A stretch of 33,717 bases of DNA, from the IMG/VR virus record IMGVR_UViG_3300049182_000071, positions 1 to 33,717 of that record; one strand, written 5' to 3'. The stretch is from a virus. Taxonomy: Duplodnaviria; Caudoviricetes. The notes beneath the pieces are model-generated. The model was not told the origin of the DNA. It made no database searches and saw only the letters and a program-made list of their open reading frames with translations. This document shows, one piece after another, positions 1-8,719 of this stretch (the stretch's first letter is position 1; the number at the start of each line of letters is the position of its first letter). The position numbers and the translations under genes were made by a program.

Positions 1-513
1 CAGGCTGTTGCGGCCCGCGCCAACCTGAGCGACGCCGACCTGCGCGGCGCCGACCTGCGCGACGCCGACCTGCGCGACGCCAACCTGCGCGACGCCGACC
101 TGCGCGGCGCCGACCTGCGCGACGCCAACCTGCGCGACGCCGACCTGCGCGGCGCCGACCTGCGCGACGCCGACCTGAGCCCCATCAAGGCTGACTTCTT
201 CGACGTGCTGCTGCGCGCGCCGCGCGAAATCTCCGGCTTGCGCGCTGCGCTTGTCGGTGGCCGCGTCGACGGCTCGACCTACGAAGGAGAGTGCGCCTGC
301 CTTGTCGGCACGATCGCGCACGTCCGTGGCGGCCAATACGACGCGCTCGGAAACGGCCTGAAGCCCGATTCGGGTCGCCCCATCGAGCGCTTCTTCATGT
401 CGATCCGCAAGGGCGACACGCCGGAAACGAATCCCGCGTCGAAGCTGGCGGTCGAGTGGCTGGACGAGCTCACCGGTCTGCTGACCAGCGCGACTGCGCA
501 AGAGGTGGCGTGA
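1..513 (+). CDS. Pentapeptide-repeat protein, 5'-truncated by window edge
   Basis: Frame 1 is open from base 1: QAVAARANLSDADLRGADLRD...ADLS, then a C-terminal domain (GSTYEGECACLVGTIA) ending at TGA 513. The ORF-track start at 205 is internal. Confidence 0.85.
   Translation, partial: QAVAARANLSDADLRGADLRDADLRDANLRDADLRGADLRDANLRDADLRGADLRDADLSPIKADFFDVLLRAPREISGLRAALVGGRVDGSTYEGECACLVGTIAHVRGGQYDALGNGLKPDSGRPIERFFMSIRKGDTPETNPASKLAVEWLDELTGLLTSATAQEVA
19..183 (+). repeat. 11 tandem 15-bp units (GCC RAC CTG MGC GRC) encoding A[D/N]L[R/S][D/G]
   Basis: Read directly; 79-123 and 124-168 are identical 45-bp blocks. Confidence 0.95.
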
Positions 514-842
514 TGTCAAAGACCAACGCAGCAGACCGCGCCCACTGGGACGCACAGGAACGCGTCTTGGCGAGCCCGGACGTGTTCGGCGACTGGTTCG
601 GTGCCGAGCTGATGGGCGCGCAGGCTCAGCTGGAGTTGCCGGCCCAACTTCGCGAAGTCACGCCGGAAGACTTCGCCGAGACGCCGGTGCCGCAGCTGTA
701 CATGCTGATGGTCGACCCGGGCCAGAAGTCGGCAACGCGCCTGGCCGCCATCGACGCCATCAGCAACCGCTACCTGCGCGCCAAGGACGACTACGTGCGC
801 CAGATCGCGCTGGCGGATCTGGAGCGGAGGGTTGCAGCGTGA
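513..842 (+). CDS. Hypothetical phage protein
   Basis: ATG overlaps the upstream TGA (TGATG), GAGG upstream; MSKTNAADRAHW... Confidence 0.75.
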   Translation: MSKTNAADRAHWDAQERVLASPDVFGDWFGAELMGAQAQLELPAQLREVTPEDFAETPVPQLYMLMVDPGQKSATRLAAIDAISNRYLRAKDDYVRQIALADLERRVAA

Positions 843-1219
843 GCCCGGCCAAACACACGCCGCAGCAGTTCGAGCACGACGGCTTCAACAGCCCGAACGA
901 GGTGGAAGCCGCGATGACATCGCGTGAGCAGGCTTACCGCCGCCTCTTGCGTCAATGCGGCGAGGCGATCGGCTATGGCCGCAGTCAGCAGATCCTCGGT
1001 GAGTTGTGGGACGAGATGCTGGGGGCCGAATACGGCATTCCCAGCGGTCGCGGCCTGATGGGTGTGACGATTGACGACGCCCTGCCCCCGCTTCCCAAGG
1101 CCACCAAGCTGCGCCGCGAGATGCAACCCTACGGCGGCTACCAGATGGTGCCCGCATACACCGTGGACGAGATGAAGCAGTTCGGCCACGCCGCCATCGC
1201 CAAGGCGGTGCAGTCATGA
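839..1219 (+). CDS. Hypothetical phage protein
   Basis: GTGA overlap coupling, GGAGG upstream. Confidence 0.7.
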   Translation: MSPAKHTPQQFEHDGFNSPNEVEAAMTSREQAYRRLLRQCGEAIGYGRSQQILGELWDEMLGAEYGIPSGRGLMGVTIDDALPPLPKATKLRREMQPYGGYQMVPAYTVDEMKQFGHAAIAKAVQS

Positions 1220-1332
1220 AACGCATCGCCCAGAACTTCGCATTCATCGTTGCCGTGTCGTTCGTCAGCGCGATGTTGATGACGGCCGCGGCGTGCCCGG
1301 ACAACGAAGTCGTTTGCCTGCTGAAGGAGTAA
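1216..1332 (+). CDS. 38-aa hydrophobic peptide (not in ORF track)
   Basis: ATGA overlap; MKRIAQNFAFIVAVSFVSAMLMTAAACPDNEVVCLLKE*; fills the gap exactly. Confidence 0.6.
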   Translation: MKRIAQNFAFIVAVSFVSAMLMTAAACPDNEVVCLLKE

Positions 1333-1335
1333 GCC

Positions 1336-1779
1336 ATGTCGACCACCGCCGCACACATGACCGCCATCACCGGCCGCGTCTCGCTCGAACAAGCGCACGA
1401 CGCACTCATCGCCGAGCGTGTCAAGCGCGAGCTGTACAGCCAGCAGGACGACGTTGGCGACTGGGCGCAGGCGCATGCGGCGGCCCTGAGTGTCGGCCTG
1501 GCTGACCGGCGCCTGGCTGAGCTGGCCGAGCAGGAGCAGCACGACCGCATGGTGGCTGAGAGCGTCGGGCACTTCCGAGCCTGTCGCGGCAGCAGTTGCA
1601 GACAAGGTCACTTGCCGTGCCGCGAGAACTACCCGCCAGCGATCGAGATGGCATGCACGGCCGGCGCAGAGCCGCCACCGCTGCCGTGGTGGGCGACTGA
1701 CATCGCCTTGCGCGTGGCGCTCGTCGCGCTGGGCGGCCTGCTGGTCTGGCTGTGCTGGATGGCACCGCTGGGCAACTGA
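1336..1779 (+). CDS. Hypothetical protein with Cys cluster and C-terminal transmembrane helix
   Basis: AAGGAG RBS; CRGSSCRQGHLPC; hydrophobic C-terminus. Confidence 0.7.
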   Translation: MSTTAAHMTAITGRVSLEQAHDALIAERVKRELYSQQDDVGDWAQAHAAALSVGLADRRLAELAEQEQHDRMVAESVGHFRACRGSSCRQGHLPCRENYPPAIEMACTAGAEPPPLPWWATDIALRVALVALGGLLVWLCWMAPLGN

Positions 1780-1806
1780 TCAACAACACCCCCTCTGGAG
1801 AGCGAG

Positions 1807-2385
1807 ATGAACGAACCACTCCCGGCTGGCATTACGTTCGAACACGTCATCGTCAGCACCAACTGCTACAGCGGCCACCACACAGAAGTGTGGGGAGATC
1901 GCTACTTCTTCGAGGGCGGCGACGACGAGGGTTATGAAGATCTGGAAGACGCCATCGCTGCCATGCAAGACGCCGCCGAAACCTGGCACGACTGGCACGA
2001 AGGCGACACCGTGCCCGCATGTGACCGCGTTGACGTGATTCGCGTTGACGCCGGCATCAAGGGCGCGACCGAGAGCCAGATCGACAACGTTGTGACGACG
2101 TCGCAGTACTGGGGCCCGAACAGCTTCGTGCGCAAGTGGCGGCCGGCTGTTGCGAAGCCTGCTGCGGCTGATCCGAACGCCAAGATGGTCGACCGTGATT
2201 CGAGCGGCGTCGTGTCGTGCGCGCGCGAGCAAAGCGACCGCGAGTGGATGCGTGATCACGAAGAACGCGTGGCCGCTCTCGTTGCCACCGCCCGCAATTT
2301 CGCCCGCCGCGCGCGCAACGAGCGCGTCTCGGCCGCCGCATGGACCGAGCACCAGCCGGATCACCGGCTCGGCAACTTCAACTGA
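1807..2385 (+). CDS. Hypothetical acidic phage protein
   Basis: GGAG RBS; GC3-biased codons. Confidence 0.7.
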   Translation: MNEPLPAGITFEHVIVSTNCYSGHHTEVWGDRYFFEGGDDEGYEDLEDAIAAMQDAAETWHDWHEGDTVPACDRVDVIRVDAGIKGATESQIDNVVTTSQYWGPNSFVRKWRPAVAKPAAADPNAKMVDRDSSGVVSCAREQSDREWMRDHEERVAALVATARNFARRARNERVSAAAWTEHQPDHRLGNFN

Positions 2386-2472
2386 TCAACGCCTGGCGGC
2401 TCGGGACCCCTTAGCCAACTGTGGGAAGTCGTCCAAGCCCCCGAGTTCGCCGGGCACCCTTTCGGAGGAACG

Positions 2473-3366
2473 ATGAAGACTGACAAGCCGATGGGCGTGT
2501 TCTACGACATGCCGTTCGACCAGTACCACGCGGTCGACGCCGTGAGCAACAGCGCGATGAAGTTCTTAGCGCGCTCGCCGTGGCACTTCAAGAACCGCGT
2601 GCCGGTGACGCCCACCAAGCCCATGATTCGCGGCTCGCTGGCCCACTGCGCGCAGCTGGAGCCGCACGCGATGGCCGAGCGCTACGTGGTTGTGCCCGAG
2701 GATGCGCCGCGCAAGCCGTCTATCACGCAGCTCAACGCGAAGAAGCCGAGCGAAGACACCATCGCCACAATCAAGTGGTGGTCGGACTTCGGCCGGGCCA
2801 ACGCCAGCCGGCAGATCATCTCGGCTAACGACTATGCGACGGTCGGCGCGCAACTGGCGGCGATCAATGCCGTGCCCGAGCTCGCCCGCTACTTCTCGAG
2901 CGGCAACAGCGAAGTCTCGCTGTTCTGGATCGACCGCCTGACCCGCGTGTATTGCAAAGCGCGGCTCGACTGGATGCAGCCGCAAGCCGACGGGCGCGTC
3001 GTGATCCTGGACCTGAAGACCGCGGCCGACGACACGCCGAACGGCTTCTCTCGCTCGGTCGCAACGATGGGCTACCACCGGCAGCAGGCGCACTACACGG
3101 CCGGCGCTGTCGAAGTACTGGGCGCCGAGGTGGCCGAGTTCATCTTTCCAGTCGTCAGCAGCACGCCGCCGATCCTGGCCACGCCGTATCACCTCGAAGC
3201 AGAAACGGTGCAGCAGGGCTTCGACGAGGTGGTCGATCTGCTGCAGCTCTACGCCGACTGCATGCGCACCGGCGTCTGGCCGGCCTACGCCGCCGAAGAG
3301 CGCGTGATCGGTCTGCCGGCCTATGCGCGCCGCTCAAACGAATTGGAGGTGTCCTATGTCGACTGA
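2473..3366 (+). CDS. RecE/exonuclease VIII-like PD-(D/E)XK nuclease (DUF3799-type)
   Basis: YH...VSNS, SPWHF, GSLAHC..LEP, EVSLFW, CKARLDW, ILDLKT, GYHRQQAHY motifs; GGAGG RBS. Confidence 0.9.
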   Translation: MKTDKPMGVFYDMPFDQYHAVDAVSNSAMKFLARSPWHFKNRVPVTPTKPMIRGSLAHCAQLEPHAMAERYVVVPEDAPRKPSITQLNAKKPSEDTIATIKWWSDFGRANASRQIISANDYATVGAQLAAINAVPELARYFSSGNSEVSLFWIDRLTRVYCKARLDWMQPQADGRVVILDLKTAADDTPNGFSRSVATMGYHRQQAHYTAGAVEVLGAEVAEFIFPVVSSTPPILATPYHLEAETVQQGFDEVVDLLQLYADCMRTGVWPAYAAEERVIGLPAYARRSNELEVSYVD

Positions 3367-4069
3367 CATTTCAGACCTGCGCCCGACCATCATCCCGAAG
3401 TCGGACCAGCTCAACGCAGACCAACTCATCACCGGGCCGATGGACGTCGTCGTCACCGACGTGCGCGTTGGCAGCGGCGACGACCAGCCGGTGATCGTGC
3501 ACTACGAGAACGACGCGGGCCGGCCGTTCAAGCCTTGCAAGACGATGCGCCGCGTGCTGATCCTGGGCTGGGGCCCGGACGGTCGCGAGTGGGTCGGCCG
3601 CGCCATGCGCCTGTATCACGACTCGCAGGTGCGCTTCGGTGGCGCTGAGGTGGGTGGCATCCGCATCAGCCACATGTCGGACATCGACCGCGACATCGAG
3701 GTGTCCCTGTCGGCGACGAAGGGCAAGAAGGCGCTGCACCGCATTCACCGCATGGACCGGCCGGCCAACTGGCTGGAGGACATCACCGACGCGCCGACAG
3801 TCGAAGCGCTCAAGGACAACTTCGGCGCCGCGTGGAAGCACTACCGCGAGAAGGCCAAGCGTGACGCGCTCAAGGCCGCCTATGACAAACGCATGGTCGA
3901 GCTGCAGCCGCCGACTGACAGCCAGAAGACCGTCGACCAATGGTCCGCCGACATCGAATCCGCCGCCGACAAAGACACGGCCAAGGCGCTGCTCGATGCC
4001 GCACTGTCCGCACTGCCCGACGAGCACCACCAGCACCTGGCCGCGACTTTCGAACGCGCCTGGACGTAA
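3356..4069 (+). CDS. Conserved phage protein (KSDQLNAD family) in the recombinase position
   Basis: GGAGGT RBS before ATG 3356, overlapping the nuclease end; PFKPCKTMRRVL and GGIRISHMS blocks. Confidence 0.8.
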   Translation: MSTDISDLRPTIIPKSDQLNADQLITGPMDVVVTDVRVGSGDDQPVIVHYENDAGRPFKPCKTMRRVLILGWGPDGREWVGRAMRLYHDSQVRFGGAEVGGIRISHMSDIDRDIEVSLSATKGKKALHRIHRMDRPANWLEDITDAPTVEALKDNFGAAWKHYREKAKRDALKAAYDKRMVELQPPTDSQKTVDQWSADIESAADKDTAKALLDAALSALPDEHHQHLAATFERAWT

Positions 4070-4186
4070 CCCTTTCGGGCCAGTCAGCACCGCATCGGGC
4101 GTTCCTCCCTCGCCACATCGATTGCAGCGCTGCGCCGGTCAGTTTGACGGCAGCCCTTCTTTCACCACCACCACTGGAGCATCCAC

Positions 4187-4777
4187 ATGGACATCGCAAC
4201 CCTGAAAGCCCTCGGCGTCAGCCCCGAAGAACTGCAAGAGCGCATCGTCGAGCAGTGCGTCGAGTGCCTACTCGAAGCCAACGGCTTCAACCCAGAGACC
4301 GAAGAAGACGAGGTCTACGAGACGAAGTTCAAGCGCGAGATCAAGACCCGCATTCAGCAGGCCGTTGACGCGAAGATCGCCGCCGTTGCCGCCGAGCACC
4401 TGCTGCCGCGCATCGGCGAAATGATCGAGAAGGCCGACATGCGCAAGACCAACCGCTACGGCGAGCCGCAGACGCCGTCGATGTCCTTCAAGGAGTACAT
4501 CGCGCACCGGGCCGAGTCGTACATGACCGAGGACGTCAACTACCACGGCGAATCGAAGGCCGACCTTGAGGCCAAAAACTCCTCCGCTTACGACTGGCGC
4601 AGCTCTGGCCCGCGCCTGACGGTTCTCATGCGTAACTACATCCAGACGACCTTGGATGAACACGCCAAGGCCGCCGTCAACGACGTGAACAAGGTGATCG
4701 CCAAGAACATCGAGAACGCCGCCAAGGCTGCCATCACCGCAGCCGCCGCCGCGATCAAGGTCACGGCCGCCGCCTAA
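4187..4777 (+). CDS. Hypothetical phage protein (helical)
   Basis: GGAG RBS; strong codon bias. Confidence 0.8.
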   Translation: MDIATLKALGVSPEELQERIVEQCVECLLEANGFNPETEEDEVYETKFKREIKTRIQQAVDAKIAAVAAEHLLPRIGEMIEKADMRKTNRYGEPQTPSMSFKEYIAHRAESYMTEDVNYHGESKADLEAKNSSAYDWRSSGPRLTVLMRNYIQTTLDEHAKAAVNDVNKVIAKNIENAAKAAITAAAAAIKVTAAA

Positions 4778-4810
4778 CCCAACCCCAACCGCTCAAAGGA
4801 GCACGACCAC

Positions 4811-5584
4811 ATGGCCAAGAGCAAGAAGGCCGCCGCGGCCCCCTACGCAGGCGATGTCTGCCGCGAGTGCTCTGCGCCTGCCGCCACTCGACGAGCGGGG
4901 AAGACAACCTACGCCGAGCGCTTCATGCAAGCCATTGAGGTGCTGTGCGGCGGCACTCAGCCACCACTTGGCGAGGTCGCAGCGTGGCTCGACAAAGAAG
5001 CCGACAACCACGACCTGCAGGAATGGGTGGTCAACAACAAGGCGGTTTGGTGGGCGCAAGGAATTGCGGTGCTAGACGCCGCGCACGTCCTCGCTGACCA
5101 GCCGGAGGAAGGTGAAGGCCATGAGGACCGCCTCGCCGCCCGGCCCCCACAAGCACAGCCTGCCGCGCCATCGGCGGAGCAAGGGGAGGCGCTGATCAAG
5201 CTGGTGAATGAGTTCGGCCGGGTGAGCGACAACGTCGGCCGGTCTCGCGGCAGCAACAACTACGCCGTGAACACCGGCGCCGTCGAGCGAGCGGTGCAAC
5301 TTCAAGATGAGATTGACGCCGCAATCAGTGCCCTCGCCACCCAGCCGGCCGCGCCAGTGGTGCGCAAGTCGCTGAGCGCTTCAGTCGCCGATGCGTTGCG
5401 GCCGTTCCTGTCGCCGGGGCAGAAGGTCATCTGGCGTGAGCCGTTCCGCTGGTTCGACGATGACGGCGTGCTGTCCAACCACTATGACGGCATGAGCGTC
5501 GCAGCCTTGGCTGCCGACTTCGGATACGAGGTGCATGAAGACTGCGAGTGCGCCGCGATCATCAGCAAGCGAGTAGCGCCATGA
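4811..5584 (+). CDS. Hypothetical mosaic phage protein
   Basis: AAGGAG RBS; QPAAP linkers between segments. Confidence 0.7.
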   Translation: MAKSKKAAAAPYAGDVCRECSAPAATRRAGKTTYAERFMQAIEVLCGGTQPPLGEVAAWLDKEADNHDLQEWVVNNKAVWWAQGIAVLDAAHVLADQPEEGEGHEDRLAARPPQAQPAAPSAEQGEALIKLVNEFGRVSDNVGRSRGSNNYAVNTGAVERAVQLQDEIDAAISALATQPAAPVVRKSLSASVADALRPFLSPGQKVIWREPFRWFDDDGVLSNHYDGMSVAALAADFGYEVHEDCECAAIISKRVAP

Positions 5585-6765
5585 CCGACATCACCGCCAA
5601 GCTGGCCGAGGCGCTGGAAGACGCGCTATCGATTTTCCATCCAGAGCCAGGCGAAAATCACCTTGCCCCAAAGTGGGCAGAACGAGCGGGGGAGGCCCTC
5701 TCCGCCTACCACCAACACACCAAAGCGCAGGCCGGCGGGATGGAGGGGGCTTGGTCGAAGTTCGTTGACGGACTCAGTGGTCTCGCCCCATGGCTGCGAG
5801 TAATGGCCCTTGACCGTTCGCTCGGAGACGGTAACAACAGAGCAATGATCGCGTGGGCCGACGCTGCCGAATCACTCATGCACGCCCGCGCCGCTCTTGC
5901 CTCCGCTCCAGCAGCGGCGCAAGGGCTGGTGACCGTCAATCCGGCGCCGAATGCTTCCGTGCCAATGCGGCCGACTGGCTTCAACGCAGCCGTGCAAGTG
6001 AAAGAGCCGGCGCACGTCTGCGGTTCAAGCGGCTTCGGTCTTGGCATGGACGACTTCTGCCCAGCGTGCCAAGCGCATGACGCCGAGATGGCCCGCAAGC
6101 GCGAGACGCCGGCCCAAGCGTTCGAACGTGGCCGCCTTCAAGGCATGTCGCAAGCCAATGCACTCTGGGAGATGGCGAAGACCAGCGAGGCGGCTGATAA
6201 GCCCGCAGCGCTGATTGCGCTGAACGACAAGACTCGATCGGATGTGGATGAAGCGATTCGCAAGCTTCGCGAGTTGGATGGCAAAGAGGTTGAACTTTGG
6301 CAATGGTGGGCCGTTGTGTGCATGGCCTTGTGGAAAGCGTACCAGCTTGGAGCCGCTACCACGCAGCCAACCCATGAGCAAGCCAAGGCCGAGATGGCGA
6401 AGGCTGAGCAAGCGGTGCCGGTGGCGTGGCGCACCGACGCTCCAGCATCGGAAGACGAGCAGGGGCGACAACTTGATCTGGCGCGCGAAGACCAGCGCCT
6501 GTTTGGGCATGGCGTCACTGTGAACGGGTGGAGGGTTCCCGCACCTCTTGTGAGCATGCTGGCCTCTTCGCCCGCCACAGAGCGCCGGCCGCTGCCTGAT
6601 AGCGAGCTGGCTGCGTTGGCCTACAAAGGCTACGACGACTACTGGACCGAGAACAGTCTTGGCGACGAACAAGAGGCCTGGGCACGAAGCGCCAAGACTG
6701 TGCTCGCCGCCCACGGCATCACGGCTGGCACCACCGAGCAGGCGAAGGAGCAGAACCATGAGTGA
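5581..6765 (+). CDS. Mosaic early phage protein (Ead/Ea22-like patchwork)
   Basis: ATGA overlap at 5581; ARAALA, PVAW and RRPLPD cassettes typical of such mosaics. Confidence 0.7.
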   Translation: MTDITAKLAEALEDALSIFHPEPGENHLAPKWAERAGEALSAYHQHTKAQAGGMEGAWSKFVDGLSGLAPWLRVMALDRSLGDGNNRAMIAWADAAESLMHARAALASAPAAAQGLVTVNPAPNASVPMRPTGFNAAVQVKEPAHVCGSSGFGLGMDDFCPACQAHDAEMARKRETPAQAFERGRLQGMSQANALWEMAKTSEAADKPAALIALNDKTRSDVDEAIRKLRELDGKEVELWQWWAVVCMALWKAYQLGAATTQPTHEQAKAEMAKAEQAVPVAWRTDAPASEDEQGRQLDLAREDQRLFGHGVTVNGWRVPAPLVSMLASSPATERRPLPDSELAALAYKGYDDYWTENSLGDEQEAWARSAKTVLAAHGITAGTTEQAKEQNHE

Positions 6766-7024
6766 CATCCTGCGCGACATGCCAATCGAAGAAGTTCGGC
6801 GCATCGCTGAGAAAGGGTCGGCGAAGGCCATGGTCGGAACCTGGACGCTCGTCGCGCCTGACGGCAGGCAGTGGAAGGCCGACAACCCACTCAAGTGCTG
6901 CGCCGCCGAACAACGGGAGCGCGTGCCGGCCGATGTGGCCCTCGCACGCCTCCGCCTTTCGATGGAAGAGGACGCCGCAGCCATCGCCCAGCAGCGCGGC
7001 AGCGGCGAGGGTGGGGGTAAATGA
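6758..7024 (+). CDS. Hypothetical phage protein
   Basis: AAGGAG RBS before ATG 6758 (MSDILRDM...); overlaps both neighbours. Confidence 0.7.
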   Translation: MSDILRDMPIEEVRRIAEKGSAKAMVGTWTLVAPDGRQWKADNPLKCCAAEQRERVPADVALARLRLSMEEDAAAIAQQRGSGEGGGK

Positions 7025-7878
7025 TGCACGACCCGTTCAAGATTGATTCGCCGACGTGTCTGAGCTTCAGTATGGGTAGAACCAGCGCCTACATGCTTTG
7101 GCGCGTGCTACAGGCGAACCATGGGATCCCACCTGAGTTGGAAGTTCAGTGCGCCAACGCTGGGCTTGAAGCAGAAGAGTCGTTGCAGTTTTGGCGCGAT
7201 GTGTGCAACCACTGGGGTGTGCCGATCGCACTGGTGGAGTATCGAGACAACGAAATCGGGTTCGCCGAAGTCAATTTCGAAACAGCCAGCCGGAATGGCG
7301 AGCCGTTCGAGGCAATCATCCGCAAACGCCAATACCTGCCCAACCCAGTTACTCGGTTCTGCACGTCTGAGCTGAAGATCCGCACGATGCACAAGCGGCT
7401 TCGCTCAGTGCGCGCCTGGGAAGACTGGGACCAGATGATCGGCATTCGCGCCGACGAACATCGCCGGGTCGCCAAGATCAGGGCGCGCGGGACCAGCACG
7501 GAGTCAAGCCACGAGACGATGGTTCTGCCGCTGGCCGACGCTGGGGTCACGGTGCAGGAGGTGAATGCATTCTGGAAGACGCAGCCTTTCACCCTCAACC
7601 TTGGCACCAATGCCGCCGGCCGGACGACTGAAGGCAACTGCGTCTACTGCTTTCTGAAGCCTCCGGCCCAGCGCTTGAGCATCGCTCGCGAAGGACGCTA
7701 TCCAATCAGCTGGTGGGTGCGCGCAGAAGATGGCAGCCTTGTTCCAGGTGCAACCGGTGACGGAGCCCGCTTCACCAAAGACGGACCCAGCTACGCACAA
7801 ATCGAAGCATACGCCCGCGATCAGCGCGACATGTTCGACCCGGACGACGAAGCCATTGCGTGCTTCTGCGGAGACTGA
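7021..7878 (+). CDS. PAPS-reductase family (PP-loop adenine nucleotide alpha-hydrolase fold) phage protein
   Basis: SFS[M]GRTS loop, RFCTSELK, IGIRADE, GNCVYCFLK, terminal CFCGD. Confidence 0.85.
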   Translation: MMHDPFKIDSPTCLSFSMGRTSAYMLWRVLQANHGIPPELEVQCANAGLEAEESLQFWRDVCNHWGVPIALVEYRDNEIGFAEVNFETASRNGEPFEAIIRKRQYLPNPVTRFCTSELKIRTMHKRLRSVRAWEDWDQMIGIRADEHRRVAKIRARGTSTESSHETMVLPLADAGVTVQEVNAFWKTQPFTLNLGTNAAGRTTEGNCVYCFLKPPAQRLSIAREGRYPISWWVRAEDGSLVPGATGDGARFTKDGPSYAQIEAYARDQRDMFDPDDEAIACFCGD

Positions 7879-7879
7879 C

Positions 7880-8083
7880 ATGACCATCCCATCAGCGCAA
7901 GCCGCGCTACAGGCGCTTGGTCACGGCAGGCCGCCTCGGCTGGAATACAGGCCGTGCGCGATATGCGGCTGGGGGCCGGCGCGAGGAATCCACAGCACAG
8001 TCATCTCAGGCTCGCGGGCTGGTGAAGCTTGGGGGCATGAGTACGTCGCCGCCCGCTCCGCAGAGCACAAGGGGAAGACATGA
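7880..8083 (+). CDS. Small hypothetical protein, possible Zn-binding (CxxC...H...H)
   Basis: GGAG RBS, ATG 7880, ATGA overlap with the next gene. Confidence 0.6.
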   Translation: MTIPSAQAALQALGHGRPPRLEYRPCAICGWGPARGIHSTVISGSRAGEAWGHEYVAARSAEHKGKT

Positions 8084-8514
8084 ACGCCGAGCAGATCGAG
8101 AAGTGGGCCGAGCAGGCCGGGTTCGTAGTCAACATGCTTGGACAGATCGTCACGCCAGCGCCAACCGAAGATGCACGCACACCACTCACCCGCTTCGCCG
8201 AGCTGGTGGCGGCAGCCGAGCGTGAGAAGTCAGAGCGGCGCGCAATTACGTTTGGCGACATCGTGCATCACCAGGTTCTGGCGATGCGCGCCGCCGTGGT
8301 GGACTGGAAAATACGAGGTGCCGAGGCTGGCATGTGCTGGATAGCCAACACGCTTGCAGGACCTGGCCACCTGCCGAGCGAGGAAGAGATCGCACTCGGG
8401 GCACAAGCGCTGTTCGACAAGGAAATTGCCGAACACGATGAATTCCGGCGCATCCACCCGGCGCCTGATCTGGTCGCCGCCATCCGCAACACCGCCAGCC
8501 GGTCGGGAGGCTGA
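8080..8514 (+). CDS. Ead/Ea22-like phage protein
   Basis: RFAELVAAAERE and AGMCWIANTLAGPGHLP segments. Confidence 0.7.
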   Translation: MNAEQIEKWAEQAGFVVNMLGQIVTPAPTEDARTPLTRFAELVAAAEREKSERRAITFGDIVHHQVLAMRAAVVDWKIRGAEAGMCWIANTLAGPGHLPSEEEIALGAQALFDKEIAEHDEFRRIHPAPDLVAAIRNTASRSGG

Positions 8515-8515
8515 G

Positions 8516-8719
8516 GTGGACAAGCTGACGCCAGCCGAGATTGCCGAGGTGACCGGCCGCACGCGCCTGCACGCCCAGGCCGCCGAGCTGGCGAAGCGCG
8601 GCATCCCTTTCATCTTCCGCGGCAAGGCCATTGAGGTTTCGCGCGAGGTGGCCAAGGCCTTCGCCATGGTGCCAAATACGCAGGCCCGCCGCGGGCTCGA
8701 CTTTTCCTTGATCCGCTGA
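8516..8719 (+). CDS. xis: Putative excisionase (DUF4224-like)
   Basis: GTG after GGAGG; LTPAEIAEVTGR...Q...L...GIPF pattern; coupled to the integrase by TGATG. Confidence 0.75.
   Translation: MDKLTPAEIAEVTGRTRLHAQAAELAKRGIPFIFRGKAIEVSREVAKAFAMVPNTQARRGLDFSLIR

Noticed and set aside
19-183. Possible CRISPR array
   Set aside because: No unique spacers; these are in-frame coding pentapeptide repeats.
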